The position numbers and the translations under genes are program-made. This document shows positions 45,358-54,136 of a DNA stretch of 64,000 bases, one piece after another; the stretch's first letter is position 1, and each line of letters starts with the position of its first letter. The notes beneath the pieces were generated by a model. It was not told where the DNA came from, ran no database searches, and worked only from the letters and a program-made list of their open reading frames with translations. Origin of the DNA: Candidatus Poribacteria bacterium (GTDB taxonomy: Bacteria > Poribacteria > WGA-4E > UBA9662); assembly GCA_046582655.1 (NCBI GenBank), contig JAYGDX010000280.1, positions 64,001 through 128,000 on the forward strand, given 5' to 3'.

Positions 45358-45700
45358 ATGATTGATGAAACTCTCTTTAAAGAGAATCTGGAATATCTCA
45401 ACCTTCACGGTTTTTTGCTAATTAAAAATGCTTTGGGTGATGAAACTGTCGCTTTATGGCAAGGTATCCTCTACTCCATGTATGAAAAAAATGAAAGATC
45501 AACTCGATAATTTGGGGAAGCTCTCGTCGTCAGGACTACGTCGCAACAGTGTAGGTAACGTAGCATGCGATAAATTGCTGGCCCTTGAACCCGAAGGATC
45601 ACGAAATCTGATTGCCCAGCAAGGCGTGATCCCTACTTAAATCTGTACTAGGAAACCAATGTCAATTACGGAGTATAAGAGCAGACCTTAACCCACATAA
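45358..45700 (+). pseudogene. Truncated, frameshifted PhyH paralog
   Basis: RBS AGGAGA + MIDETLFKENLEYLNLHGFLLIKNAL; out-of-frame RNSVGNVACDKLLALEPE and GNQCQLRSIRADLNP match the array PhyH (NSVGNMWFDTLLDREPE, GKQCQLRSFRAHINP). Confidence 0.75.
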
Positions 45701-46191
45701 TCCAGAGAGACTTTATATACGTACATTAGTAAGTCTAAGGTGTTAGTAAGAAGGAGAAGGGTAAGTGTTTAGTTTGGATTGATTCTAGTGCAGATAGTGT
45801 AGAAGTAAGACTATCAAAGTCAAAGACTATCTCCTGTTGCACATGATTCTGATAGTAGCATTTTTATCATGCATCATATATTGTATATCTGGTGTAGCAT
45901 ACTTGCAAACAAAAATATATGTTTAGATGATAGGAAGTCAAAGAAGACAGCTAAATTTCACCTCAAGCCACCTAATAATTTATTTTTTGAAGAAATTCAA
46001 TGGAACATATGGTAAGATCGATAAAATCTAATATGGCATTGATAGAAGTAACCTGACTTAATACCCGATAGGGTCTCTGTTTCCAGTTGATCAAAATATC
46101 ACTTGGCCAAGCGTTAACGCACCAAAAATTTCTTTGTTATGAACTTAATTTCAATTTGCTGTTTAAAAATTAAATATTGAAGGAGAATACA

Positions 46192-46926
46192 GTGGATAAT
46201 GTCAATGATGTAGAAAAAAAACTCGATCAACTCGATCGGGATGGCTATCTTCTGATAAAAGGAGCACTTACGCCGGAGGAAACGGAACATGTACGCCAAC
46301 GTATCAATTACGCACGCCAGCAAGGTTGGGAAGAAGGTCTCAATTCAGTTGGTAACATGTGGTTTGATACCTTACTGGATCGAGAACCGGAAACCTATCA
46401 ACCGCTGGTAGGTCATCCTAGCGTACGTCCATACCTTGAAGGCATGATGGGAAAACAATGCCAGTTACGCAGTTTTCGAGCCCACATTAACCCCGGACCC
46501 TATCTTCAAGAATGGCACCTTGACTTCTATGGATATTGGCATGAAAAGCGAGAGGCGGGAAAACACCGTTATGCTGTCTCTACTTTCAGTTTTAACAGTA
46601 CTTTTTACTTTCAAGATAATGACCCTGGGTCAGGCCATCTGAAGTTTGTTAAAGGTGGCCATTTGTCTGAGCCTGAACATCTCTACCCGTTGGATCGGCC
46701 GAAATTTGAAGCTTGGTGTGAAGCTCAGGAACACGATGTTCTTCACCCCAAGGCGGGGGATTGCGTTATATTCATCAACCATATGCCGCATCAGGGCGCC
46801 AAGGAGAAAGACGATATGGAACGTAGTAACGTTGTTTGCCATTATCAAGTAACACCAATGCATGACGACGTGAGTTATGTCTCAAGGCCAAGAGGTTATG
46901 TTGGAACTTTCCCCTTTGTTGACTAA
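46192..46926 (+). CDS. PhyH family dioxygenase, array copy 2
   Basis: Near-identical to 43059-43793; RBS AAGGAG before GTG 46192. Confidence 0.88.
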   Translation: MDNVNDVEKKLDQLDRDGYLLIKGALTPEETEHVRQRINYARQQGWEEGLNSVGNMWFDTLLDREPETYQPLVGHPSVRPYLEGMMGKQCQLRSFRAHINPGPYLQEWHLDFYGYWHEKREAGKHRYAVSTFSFNSTFYFQDNDPGSGHLKFVKGGHLSEPEHLYPLDRPKFEAWCEAQEHDVLHPKAGDCVIFINHMPHQGAKEKDDMERSNVVCHYQVTPMHDDVSYVSRPRGYVGTFPFVD

Positions 46927-46991
46927 TCAACACATATTCGTATAATCCATATACATAAATGGAATCTAACCAAACCAAAAGGAGATCAAAC

Positions 46992-47987
46992 GTGATTCGT
47001 TTACTAGTTTTTTTAATGTCGCTGGGACTAGGTTTCATCGGTTGTGGAGGTGATGAACCTGAACCCACGACAAGCAAAGCAAAATCAACATTAGGAGTTG
47101 TTAAACCAAGTGCTACTGAACCAGCGGGCGAGGTCGCAGGAAAAGAAGAAGTTGAAGAAGTTGAAGAAGTTGCTGGAGAACCCAGAAAAGAAATAGTCTG
47201 GCAGAAAGATGGCTCCAAGATGGTATTGATTCCCGCCGGTAGTTTTGAAATGGGGGATAGTCTAAATGAAGGAGAGAAAGAGGAACAACCAGTACACAAA
47301 GTAGAATTGGATGCTTTCTACATGGATGTTCACGAAATAACCATACAACAATGGAGAAAATTTAAGGGTGGGAAACCAATGGAAGCTTGGGCCAAGGCTG
47401 CTTCTCCCGGCAATAAACACCCAGTAATAGGGCTTAAATGGGAAGACGCAGCTCTGTACGCAAAATCAATGGGGAAGAGGCTCCCAACCGAAGCAGAATG
47501 GGAATATGCAGCGCGTGGTGGTTTAGTTGGTAAACGGTTTCCATGGGGCGATGAAGGCTTGGATGATGAGGCTGTCCCCAGAGAACATGCCAATTTCGAC
47601 GGAAAAGGGGGCAAAGATAAATGGGGTGACAAGACAGCACCCGTTGGCAGTTTCCCACCCAACGGTTATGGACTCCACGACATGGCCGGTAACGCATTTG
47701 AATGGACAAACGACTGGTTCAAATATAAATACTATGGAAAGTCTCCCAGAAAAAACCCAACAGGACCAAAAGACGGAGATGAGGTAAACGGTCCTAAAAA
47801 GGAACATGTCATACGAGGAGGCGCTGCCTCCCTCAATTCGTGGGCCTTACGTGTGGCTAAACGCACTACTATTGCTAATGATACTTTCCATAAAGTTGCG
47901 TGGATCGGATTTCGTTGCGTAGTGGACGTTAACAACCGAGGGAAACCACAACTTAATCCTCCCCAAAAGAGATGGGATGTGAAGTAG
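46992..47987 (+). CDS. FGE-sulfatase (SUMF1-like) lipoprotein, copy 2
   Basis: RBS AAGGAG + GTG; lipobox FIGC; MVLIPAGSFEMG, RLPTEAEWEYAARGG, HDMAGNAFEW, IGFRCV; lacks the FGE catalytic Cys pair. Confidence 0.88.
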   Translation: MIRLLVFLMSLGLGFIGCGGDEPEPTTSKAKSTLGVVKPSATEPAGEVAGKEEVEEVEEVAGEPRKEIVWQKDGSKMVLIPAGSFEMGDSLNEGEKEEQPVHKVELDAFYMDVHEITIQQWRKFKGGKPMEAWAKAASPGNKHPVIGLKWEDAALYAKSMGKRLPTEAEWEYAARGGLVGKRFPWGDEGLDDEAVPREHANFDGKGGKDKWGDKTAPVGSFPPNGYGLHDMAGNAFEWTNDWFKYKYYGKSPRKNPTGPKDGDEVNGPKKEHVIRGGAASLNSWALRVAKRTTIANDTFHKVAWIGFRCVVDVNNRGKPQLNPPQKRWDVK

Positions 47988-48076
47988 TCCGCTCATTTGT
48001 TGAAACGATTCGATGATACTGGGGTTGGGGGTAAACATAACGCGCATCAACCCCAAATTGTCTTAAGGGGGATAAA

Positions 48077-48805
48077 GTGAACAATGACGTAGACGACAAA
48101 CTCGACAAACTCGATCGAGATGGCTATCTTCTAGTAGAAGGAGCACTTACAGCTGACGAAACGGAACATATTCGTCAACGTATCAACTATGCCCGCCAAC
48201 AAGGTTGGGATGATGGGTTAAATGCAGTTGGTAACATGAAGTTCGACACGCTACTGGATCGAGAACCGGAAACCTATCAGCCACTAGTAGGCCATCCAAA
48301 CGTGCGTCCATACCTTGAAGGCATGATGGGCAAACAATGCCAGTTGCGCAGCTTTCGGGCCCATATCAATCCCGGACCATACCTACAAGAATGGCATCTT
48401 GATTTCTATGGTTATTGGCATGAAAAGCGAGAAGCGGAAAAACACCGTTATGCTGTTTCTACCGTCAGTTTTAATAGCACTTTTTATTTCCAAGATAATG
48501 CTCCCGGGTTAGGTCATCTAAAATTCGTCAAAGGCGGACACTTGTCTGAACCCAAGCATCTTTACCCGTTGGATCGGCCAAAATTTGAAGCTTGGTGTGA
48601 AGCCCAAGAACATGATGTTCTACATCCCAACGCTGGGGATTGTGTTATATTCATCAACCACATGCCACACCAAGGGGCCAAAGATGATGACGATATGGAA
48701 CGTAGCAACGTCGTTTGCCATTATCAGGTAACGCCAATGCACGATGCGGTACATTACGTCTCAAGTCCAAGAGGTTATGTCGGAACTTTCCCCTTTGTTA
48801 ACTGA
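48077..48805 (+). CDS. PhyH family dioxygenase, array copy 3
   Basis: Near-identical to copies 1 and 2; WHLDF, INHMPHQG. Confidence 0.88.
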   Translation: MNNDVDDKLDKLDRDGYLLVEGALTADETEHIRQRINYARQQGWDDGLNAVGNMKFDTLLDREPETYQPLVGHPNVRPYLEGMMGKQCQLRSFRAHINPGPYLQEWHLDFYGYWHEKREAEKHRYAVSTVSFNSTFYFQDNAPGLGHLKFVKGGHLSEPKHLYPLDRPKFEAWCEAQEHDVLHPNAGDCVIFINHMPHQGAKDDDDMERSNVVCHYQVTPMHDAVHYVSSPRGYVGTFPFVN

Positions 48806-48885
48806 CAACCCCAATTTTGGGTAAACCTACCTATAGCCCTGTTGGAAATCAGTCCAATAGTTCAGTGAACTGATTCCTAATTCCA

Positions 48886-50373
48886 ATGGACTTCAAAACG
48901 CAAACTACAGAGAACAAAATTCACTATTCCAAATCAGCTTGCATTGTCTTTCTGTTCAGTGTTGTCTTCACCTTAGTATTGGCAGAAAACCAGAACCGTC
49001 AAACTCTAAAAACAGGCCTAGAAGCCGTTAACCAAGGTAACATCAAAAAAGCAATTCGTATCTTCCAACAAGCCATAAGAGAAAATCCGCGGGACCAATA
49101 TGCCTACTATTACCTCAACAAATCCTATCAGGAAATCGGGAATTTGGCCAAAGCATTGAAAGCCTGCCGGAATGCCCTGAAAATAAATCCCAACTTTGCC
49201 CAAGCATACAATGACCTGGGAAGTATCGCTCATCAACAAGGGAACCTCGCTGATGCTACCCATGCTTATCGAAAATCCATAGAGCTAGAACCATCTGTAG
49301 CGCTATATCACTATAATCTGGGCACAGTGTACCATACACTTGGCAGGTTGACGGACGCCATAGCCGAATACCATACAACTCTAGATCTAGATCATAGTTT
49401 CACTCCAGCCTACCACAATCTGGGCGCAGTATATCAAAAACAGGGAAAGGTTCATGAAGCCATCGAAATTTATGAAAAAGCTCTACATTATGAACCTGAA
49501 CAGATACATACACAAAAAAGTTTGGCAGAAGTCGAAGTTGATCGCGTTAAATTGTTTAATCAGGTTATTCTGAGAAGCCAAACGGCCATTTCAATGCAAC
49601 CAGACTCCGCAGAAAATTACCGCAAACTGGGGTTAGCTTATTATCACAGCGGTCATTGGAATCAGGCGATTGAAATGTTGAAGATCGCCCTCCAACTCGA
49701 ACCCAATTCTGCCAAACGACAAGCTGACCTATCAAAAGTAAAGCTTCAGCTTGATCGGCACTTGAACCAAGAATTGGAAACCTGTTATAAGTCACCTCAA
49801 AATGCAGAAATCTATCACCGAATTGGACAAATACAATTAATGAAAGGTGAATTTCAGAACGCTGAACACAGTTTTCGCCAATCGTTAAAATTGCTATCTA
49901 ACAACACTATCGTACACTTGAGCTTGGGTGAAACTTTATATAAACAGAATAAGTTAGAGGACGCAAACGAAGCTTACAGCAAAGTGATTACACAACAACC
50001 AGCTAACATGGAAGCACATCAAAAACTGGGCGTGATCGCGCAACGATCAAAACACTGGGACCGTGCCATAAAGCATTTGGAAATCTCGAATTCACTTGAT
50101 CAAAATAATCCGTTGACACATCATTACCTTGGTTTGGCTTATCACGGCAAAGGCAACTTAGCCCAAGCAATCACAGCATATCAAATGTCTATCAGGTTTA
50201 AACCTGACCTGGTAACTGCTTATTCAGATCTCGGTGACGCTTATACAGAAATCGGTAAGTCCGAAATTGGCCATATGTTTTATCAAAAATTCATAAATTT
50301 AGCAAAATACCACCAAAACTTGAAAGGTTCAGTAGAAGAAACAAGAAGTAAGGTCCTAAAACTTGAATATTAA
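48886..50373 (+). CDS. Tetratricopeptide repeat protein, N-terminal signal/TM
   Basis: Repeated A.AY.NLG......G....A...Y..AL...P motifs. Confidence 0.88.
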   Translation: MDFKTQTTENKIHYSKSACIVFLFSVVFTLVLAENQNRQTLKTGLEAVNQGNIKKAIRIFQQAIRENPRDQYAYYYLNKSYQEIGNLAKALKACRNALKINPNFAQAYNDLGSIAHQQGNLADATHAYRKSIELEPSVALYHYNLGTVYHTLGRLTDAIAEYHTTLDLDHSFTPAYHNLGAVYQKQGKVHEAIEIYEKALHYEPEQIHTQKSLAEVEVDRVKLFNQVILRSQTAISMQPDSAENYRKLGLAYYHSGHWNQAIEMLKIALQLEPNSAKRQADLSKVKLQLDRHLNQELETCYKSPQNAEIYHRIGQIQLMKGEFQNAEHSFRQSLKLLSNNTIVHLSLGETLYKQNKLEDANEAYSKVITQQPANMEAHQKLGVIAQRSKHWDRAIKHLEISNSLDQNNPLTHHYLGLAYHGKGNLAQAITAYQMSIRFKPDLVTAYSDLGDAYTEIGKSEIGHMFYQKFINLAKYHQNLKGSVEETRSKVLKLEY

Positions 50374-50479
50374 CTTAGTCAATATTATACTGTAGCCTAA
50401 ATATAACTATCAGATAAACCAATCTTAAAACATCACAATCACATTTAGTTTTTCACATAATCATTTTAAGGAGAAACAA

Positions 50480-51286
50480 ATGATTTGTAGCTCATTGAAA
50501 AAGATTGCTTGCATAGCAATAATTGTTTGCATGACGTGTGTTCTTACAAGTTTCGTAGAAGCCCAGATGGTTGAAGATGGATTAGTTTCCTACTGGCCAC
50601 TGGACGAAATCCAAGCGGGTAAGAAAGTTCCAGATGCAGTCGGAGACAATCATGGTGAACTCGCAGGCGAAAGTAAGATGAAAATAGTTGCGGGTAAAGT
50701 CGGGGGTGCTGGCAAATTTGACGGAGTGGCTACTGTGCATATACCTGGCACCAAAACACTAGCATTTAATGGAAAAGATGAAATGACAGTTTCAGCTTGG
50801 GTGAATGCCAAAAATGATGAACCTGTCAAAGGGGTTGTTGCCGGATGTTGTGGTACCATCGTTGCCCAAAGAGATATCAACGGTTGGGCTCTAAGGTTTG
50901 ATGGTAGAAATGGCGGCAAAGAAATGGAATTCATTGCTTGTCCTGGTTGGAATGGTGATGGCGGTTTCGGGTTTCCCAAACTTAAACCTGGACAATGGCA
51001 TTATCTTACGGGAGTCATTAATAAAAAAAAGCAACTACTCTACCTCGATGGTAAAGGGGAGTTGGAGATGGGACGTCCTGGACCTCTCCAAACTAACGGT
51101 GGCACTGAGACAGAAATAGGCCATGCTGGGGATGGTGGTTTTGTTGGTTTGATTGACGAAGTTACTATTTATAATAGGGCACTATCTCAAAAAGAAATTC
51201 AACAAAACTTTGAAGCCAAAGGAATGGCAGTCAACCCTACAAAGAAACTAACCACCTATTGGGCAGAAGTAAAAGTTTACAGATAA
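50480..51286 (+). CDS. Secreted LamG (ConA-like) domain protein with C-terminal AVNPTKKLTTYW motif
   Basis: GLVSYWPLDE, GKVGGAGKFDG, TVSAWV, QWHYLTGV, GLIDEVTIYNRALS. Confidence 0.88.
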   Translation: MICSSLKKIACIAIIVCMTCVLTSFVEAQMVEDGLVSYWPLDEIQAGKKVPDAVGDNHGELAGESKMKIVAGKVGGAGKFDGVATVHIPGTKTLAFNGKDEMTVSAWVNAKNDEPVKGVVAGCCGTIVAQRDINGWALRFDGRNGGKEMEFIACPGWNGDGGFGFPKLKPGQWHYLTGVINKKKQLLYLDGKGELEMGRPGPLQTNGGTETEIGHAGDGGFVGLIDEVTIYNRALSQKEIQQNFEAKGMAVNPTKKLTTYWAEVKVYR

Positions 51287-51417
51287 AGCGGAAGCCATAA
51301 ATATCATATATTTCAAACCAGGCTTAATTTATTGGTTGGTATGTACAAGAAATTGTATTATAATATTCAGTACACTGTGACAAATAACTAAATTCCGAAG
51401 TGGAGGTGCTTTGTAAG

Positions 51418-52176
51418 ATGATTTACAATGCAAAAAATGTTTTTGCGTTCGTTTTGATAGTCCTATGTTTAATTGTAACGTCCCAAATTTCTCAGGCGAA
51501 AATCTTGTTTGAAGAAGATTTTGAAGGGGGAAAATTAGACGAAAAGAAATGGTTTCCTAAACCTGAATGGAAGATCATGAAACCGGAGGAGAAAATAGCT
51601 GCACTAGGAAACGGTATCATGGACACGGCAGGAGGCCAAGCTAACATCTCCAGAGACGATAGCTTTAAAGACTTTGTTTTTGAAGCTGACTTCAATGCCA
51701 AACAAGGAGGAAAAATCACCGGTTTTGTCTTTGCGGCGCAGGACGTTGCTGACAATTTTTATATGCACCAAATTTCGGCTACCGGTTCTGGACATACACC
51801 CAACAACCTACGCTGGCATATTAGGTTAAAAGGTGCCTGGCAAGTCTTCCCAGAAGAGTTTCTCGGCGGGGAAGAAGTAGCGCCTGAAGTATGGTATCGA
51901 TCCAGATGGCTCGTCAACAACTTTAACACTAAAGTATGGGTCTTAGAATCAGAAGATTTCTGGAAAGATCCACGTGGCGCCAAAATGAGAAAGATCGCTG
52001 ATTGGACTGATAAGTCCAGACAATTCCGTTCAGGTGCTATTGGTTTCAGAGCATCAGGTGGTGAGCATATGCGATATGATAACGTCCTCGTGTATGATAT
52101 TGGTGACGATCCATTTGCCGTCAAACCATCAGGTAAAGTCACTACAGTGTGGGGTAGATTAAAAGTTCTCGATTAA
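51418..52176 (+). CDS. Secreted ConA-like/DUF1080-like beta-sandwich protein
   Basis: Signal peptide; LFEEDFEGG, DFVFEADF, GAIGFR, YDNVLVYD; C-terminus AVKPSGKVTTVWGRLK. Confidence 0.65.
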   Translation: MIYNAKNVFAFVLIVLCLIVTSQISQAKILFEEDFEGGKLDEKKWFPKPEWKIMKPEEKIAALGNGIMDTAGGQANISRDDSFKDFVFEADFNAKQGGKITGFVFAAQDVADNFYMHQISATGSGHTPNNLRWHIRLKGAWQVFPEEFLGGEEVAPEVWYRSRWLVNNFNTKVWVLESEDFWKDPRGAKMRKIADWTDKSRQFRSGAIGFRASGGEHMRYDNVLVYDIGDDPFAVKPSGKVTTVWGRLKVLD

Positions 52177-52193
52177 GTTCGTTCTACCATAGC

Positions 52194-52232
52194 TTTAAGG
52201 GAGTTCTTTGAAGTTTACTGAACTCCCTTAAA
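52194..52232 (+). terminator. Intergenic hairpin between the tandem paralogs
   Basis: Perfect 13-bp IR TTTAAGGGAGTTC/GAACTCCCTTAAA. Confidence 0.5.
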
Positions 52233-52269
52233 ATTATAAAATATAAAAAAATAAAGGGAGTATTATTCA

Positions 52270-53019
52270 ATGTTGAAAAAAATTAGCATACTCGTCGCTT
52301 TGTTTGCTTTCCTCAGTGTCACTGCTAGCTATGCAGCGGTTCTATTGAAAGACGACTTCGAAGGCGGGAAATTAGATGAATCCAAATGGCTTCCCAAGAA
52401 AGAATGGAAAATCATTAAACCACAAGTAAAACTAAAAGCTTTGGGAAATGGTATTGTTGACATTGACGGTGGTCAAGCGAATTTCAGCCAGAAAAAGGAT
52501 TTCAAAAATTTTGTTTTTGAAGCTGATTTTCTCGCTAGAGCTAAGGGGAAAATCACCGGTTTCGTTTTTGGTGGGCAGGACATAAACGATAATTTTTATA
52601 TGCACCAAATTTCCTGTGACGGTTCCGGACACACACCTAATAACGTCCGCTGGCATACTAGAACCAAAGGTTGGGCAGTTGATCCTAAACCTTTCCTTGG
52701 CGGGCTAAAAGTAAAGCCTGAAGTATGGTATCGATCCAAGTGGATTGTCAAAGATACTAATTTCAAGGTCTGGATCTTAGAATCAGAAGAGTTTTGGAAG
52801 GATCCTTCGGGAGCAGCAATGAGAAAGATCGGGGATTGGACCGATCCAAAGAAGTCATACCCAACTGGAGCTGTGGGCTTCAGATCATCAGGTGGCGAAC
52901 AAATGCGGTATGACAATGTGCTCGTTTATGATATTGGTGATAATCCACATAAAGGTGGAACGGCTGTACAAGCACAAGGTAAGTTAGCAGCCAGTTGGGC
53001 AGATTTGAAAACCAGATAA
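52270..53019 (+). CDS. Secreted ConA-like/DUF1080-like protein, paralog of 51418-52176
   Basis: Shared NFYMHQIS..GSGHTPNN.RWH, PEVWYRS.W, WKDP.GA.MRKI.DWTD; C-terminus AVQAQGKLAASWADLK. Confidence 0.65.
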   Translation: MLKKISILVALFAFLSVTASYAAVLLKDDFEGGKLDESKWLPKKEWKIIKPQVKLKALGNGIVDIDGGQANFSQKKDFKNFVFEADFLARAKGKITGFVFGGQDINDNFYMHQISCDGSGHTPNNVRWHTRTKGWAVDPKPFLGGLKVKPEVWYRSKWIVKDTNFKVWILESEEFWKDPSGAAMRKIGDWTDPKKSYPTGAVGFRSSGGEQMRYDNVLVYDIGDNPHKGGTAVQAQGKLAASWADLKTR

Positions 53020-53031
53020 GCTTAACATTCA

Positions 53032-53082
53032 TTGTTAATGAAAAAAGGGGGGAATAAAACTGTCCCCCTTTTTCATTAACAA
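53032..53082. terminator. Bidirectional rho-independent terminator
   Basis: TTGTTAATGAAAAAAGGGGGGA ... TCCCCCTTTTTCATTAACAA between convergent genes; A and T tracts on both sides. Confidence 0.8.
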
Positions 53083-53137
53083 CTCAGAGCAAAAACTCCA
53101 TTCTAGAAAACCATCCCGTCTACAACAGACATACCCC

Positions 53138-54124
53138 TCAGTCCCAACTCTGGTTGACGATATCAACAATTTCTCCTGTTTTATCATCAACAATTACAGT
53201 CACCAAGTTTCCCCAGCCATGGTTGCAGAAACTAACCGTCCAAGCAAATCCTTGGAACCACGGGTACGCTCTAACCCCTTGATGGGATGCTAAGATTGAC
53301 TTCACAGACACACACGACTTCGCTATGTTGGTCGCCTGATAACTTGTTAACCTTGTTCTCACCTTCGGCACCTTGACGTTCCACACTGCGACTTCTGATG
53401 GTCGAATCCTACTTCCCTTTCTTGCCAGCTGACGCAACAAAATCGCGCGTCGGAGATGAACATCATGAACATTCTCATATTGCGAAATCAGCAACCTATA
53501 AACGTCTAATCTATGCCCTTTTACCAACTGACGTTTGAAATAAGCAATTGTTATTTTGAGGTATAGATCCGCACACATCTCTGCCGAATCCGCTTCAAGA
53601 TTCAGAGCAGCCGCATAATGACCTTTCTGAAGAAGTAGGTGCTGCCGCTTTCCAAAGAGATCCACATAGAGACCAAAATTATAAAACCGATTCGGATAAT
53701 AAGAAACCCATTCCTCAATAAATTGGTCAATTTTGGTTTGTTCAGAGACAATCACCGCTTGGGCTGTCACTGGTTTTTTCCAGCATAGCCGAGCAGATCT
53801 AAGATATTGTTCACGCTGCTTATCAATCTGAGCAAGCTCTTCAGTACCCGATTCAGCTAGCTTATCCATTCCATAACGCTGGTAATACTTAATTGTAATC
53901 TCCATCATTGGCCTAGAAATGATCTTCAGGCAATTGGCCGCCGCTTCATACCATAAAGCCGCCCTACCATAATCACCATCTCTTTCGTAACACATGATCA
54001 TGGTCTTGGTATCTACTGCACCTCGACGGACAGCATCAGACAATTGAATACTAAGAAGGTGCAAGACTAAACTTAGAAGACACGTGATAGAAATAGAGGA
54101 AAACCTATAATTTGAAATAGACAT
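53138..54124 (-). CDS. Hypothetical secreted helical protein
   Basis: 328-aa ORF with signal-like N-terminus, co-oriented just downstream of ppx; no family recognised. Confidence 0.6.
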   Translation of the reverse strand: MSISNYRFSSISITCLLSLVLHLLSIQLSDAVRRGAVDTKTMIMCYERDGDYGRAALWYEAAANCLKIISRPMMEITIKYYQRYGMDKLAESGTEELAQIDKQREQYLRSARLCWKKPVTAQAVIVSEQTKIDQFIEEWVSYYPNRFYNFGLYVDLFGKRQHLLLQKGHYAAALNLEADSAEMCADLYLKITIAYFKRQLVKGHRLDVYRLLISQYENVHDVHLRRAILLRQLARKGSRIRPSEVAVWNVKVPKVRTRLTSYQATNIAKSCVSVKSILASHQGVRAYPWFQGFAWTVSFCNHGWGNLVTVIVDDKTGEIVDIVNQSWD

Positions 54125-54136
54125 CGTACTTTTCTC

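Noticed and set aside
34780..47987. FGE/C-type-lectin-fold genes as diversity-generating retroelement targets
   Set aside because: No reverse transcriptase and no template repeat differing only at adenines was seen in the window; a remote DGR cannot be excluded
34780..47987. FGE-fold proteins as true formylglycine-generating enzymes
   Set aside because: The catalytic Cys pair after RGGS is absent in all three
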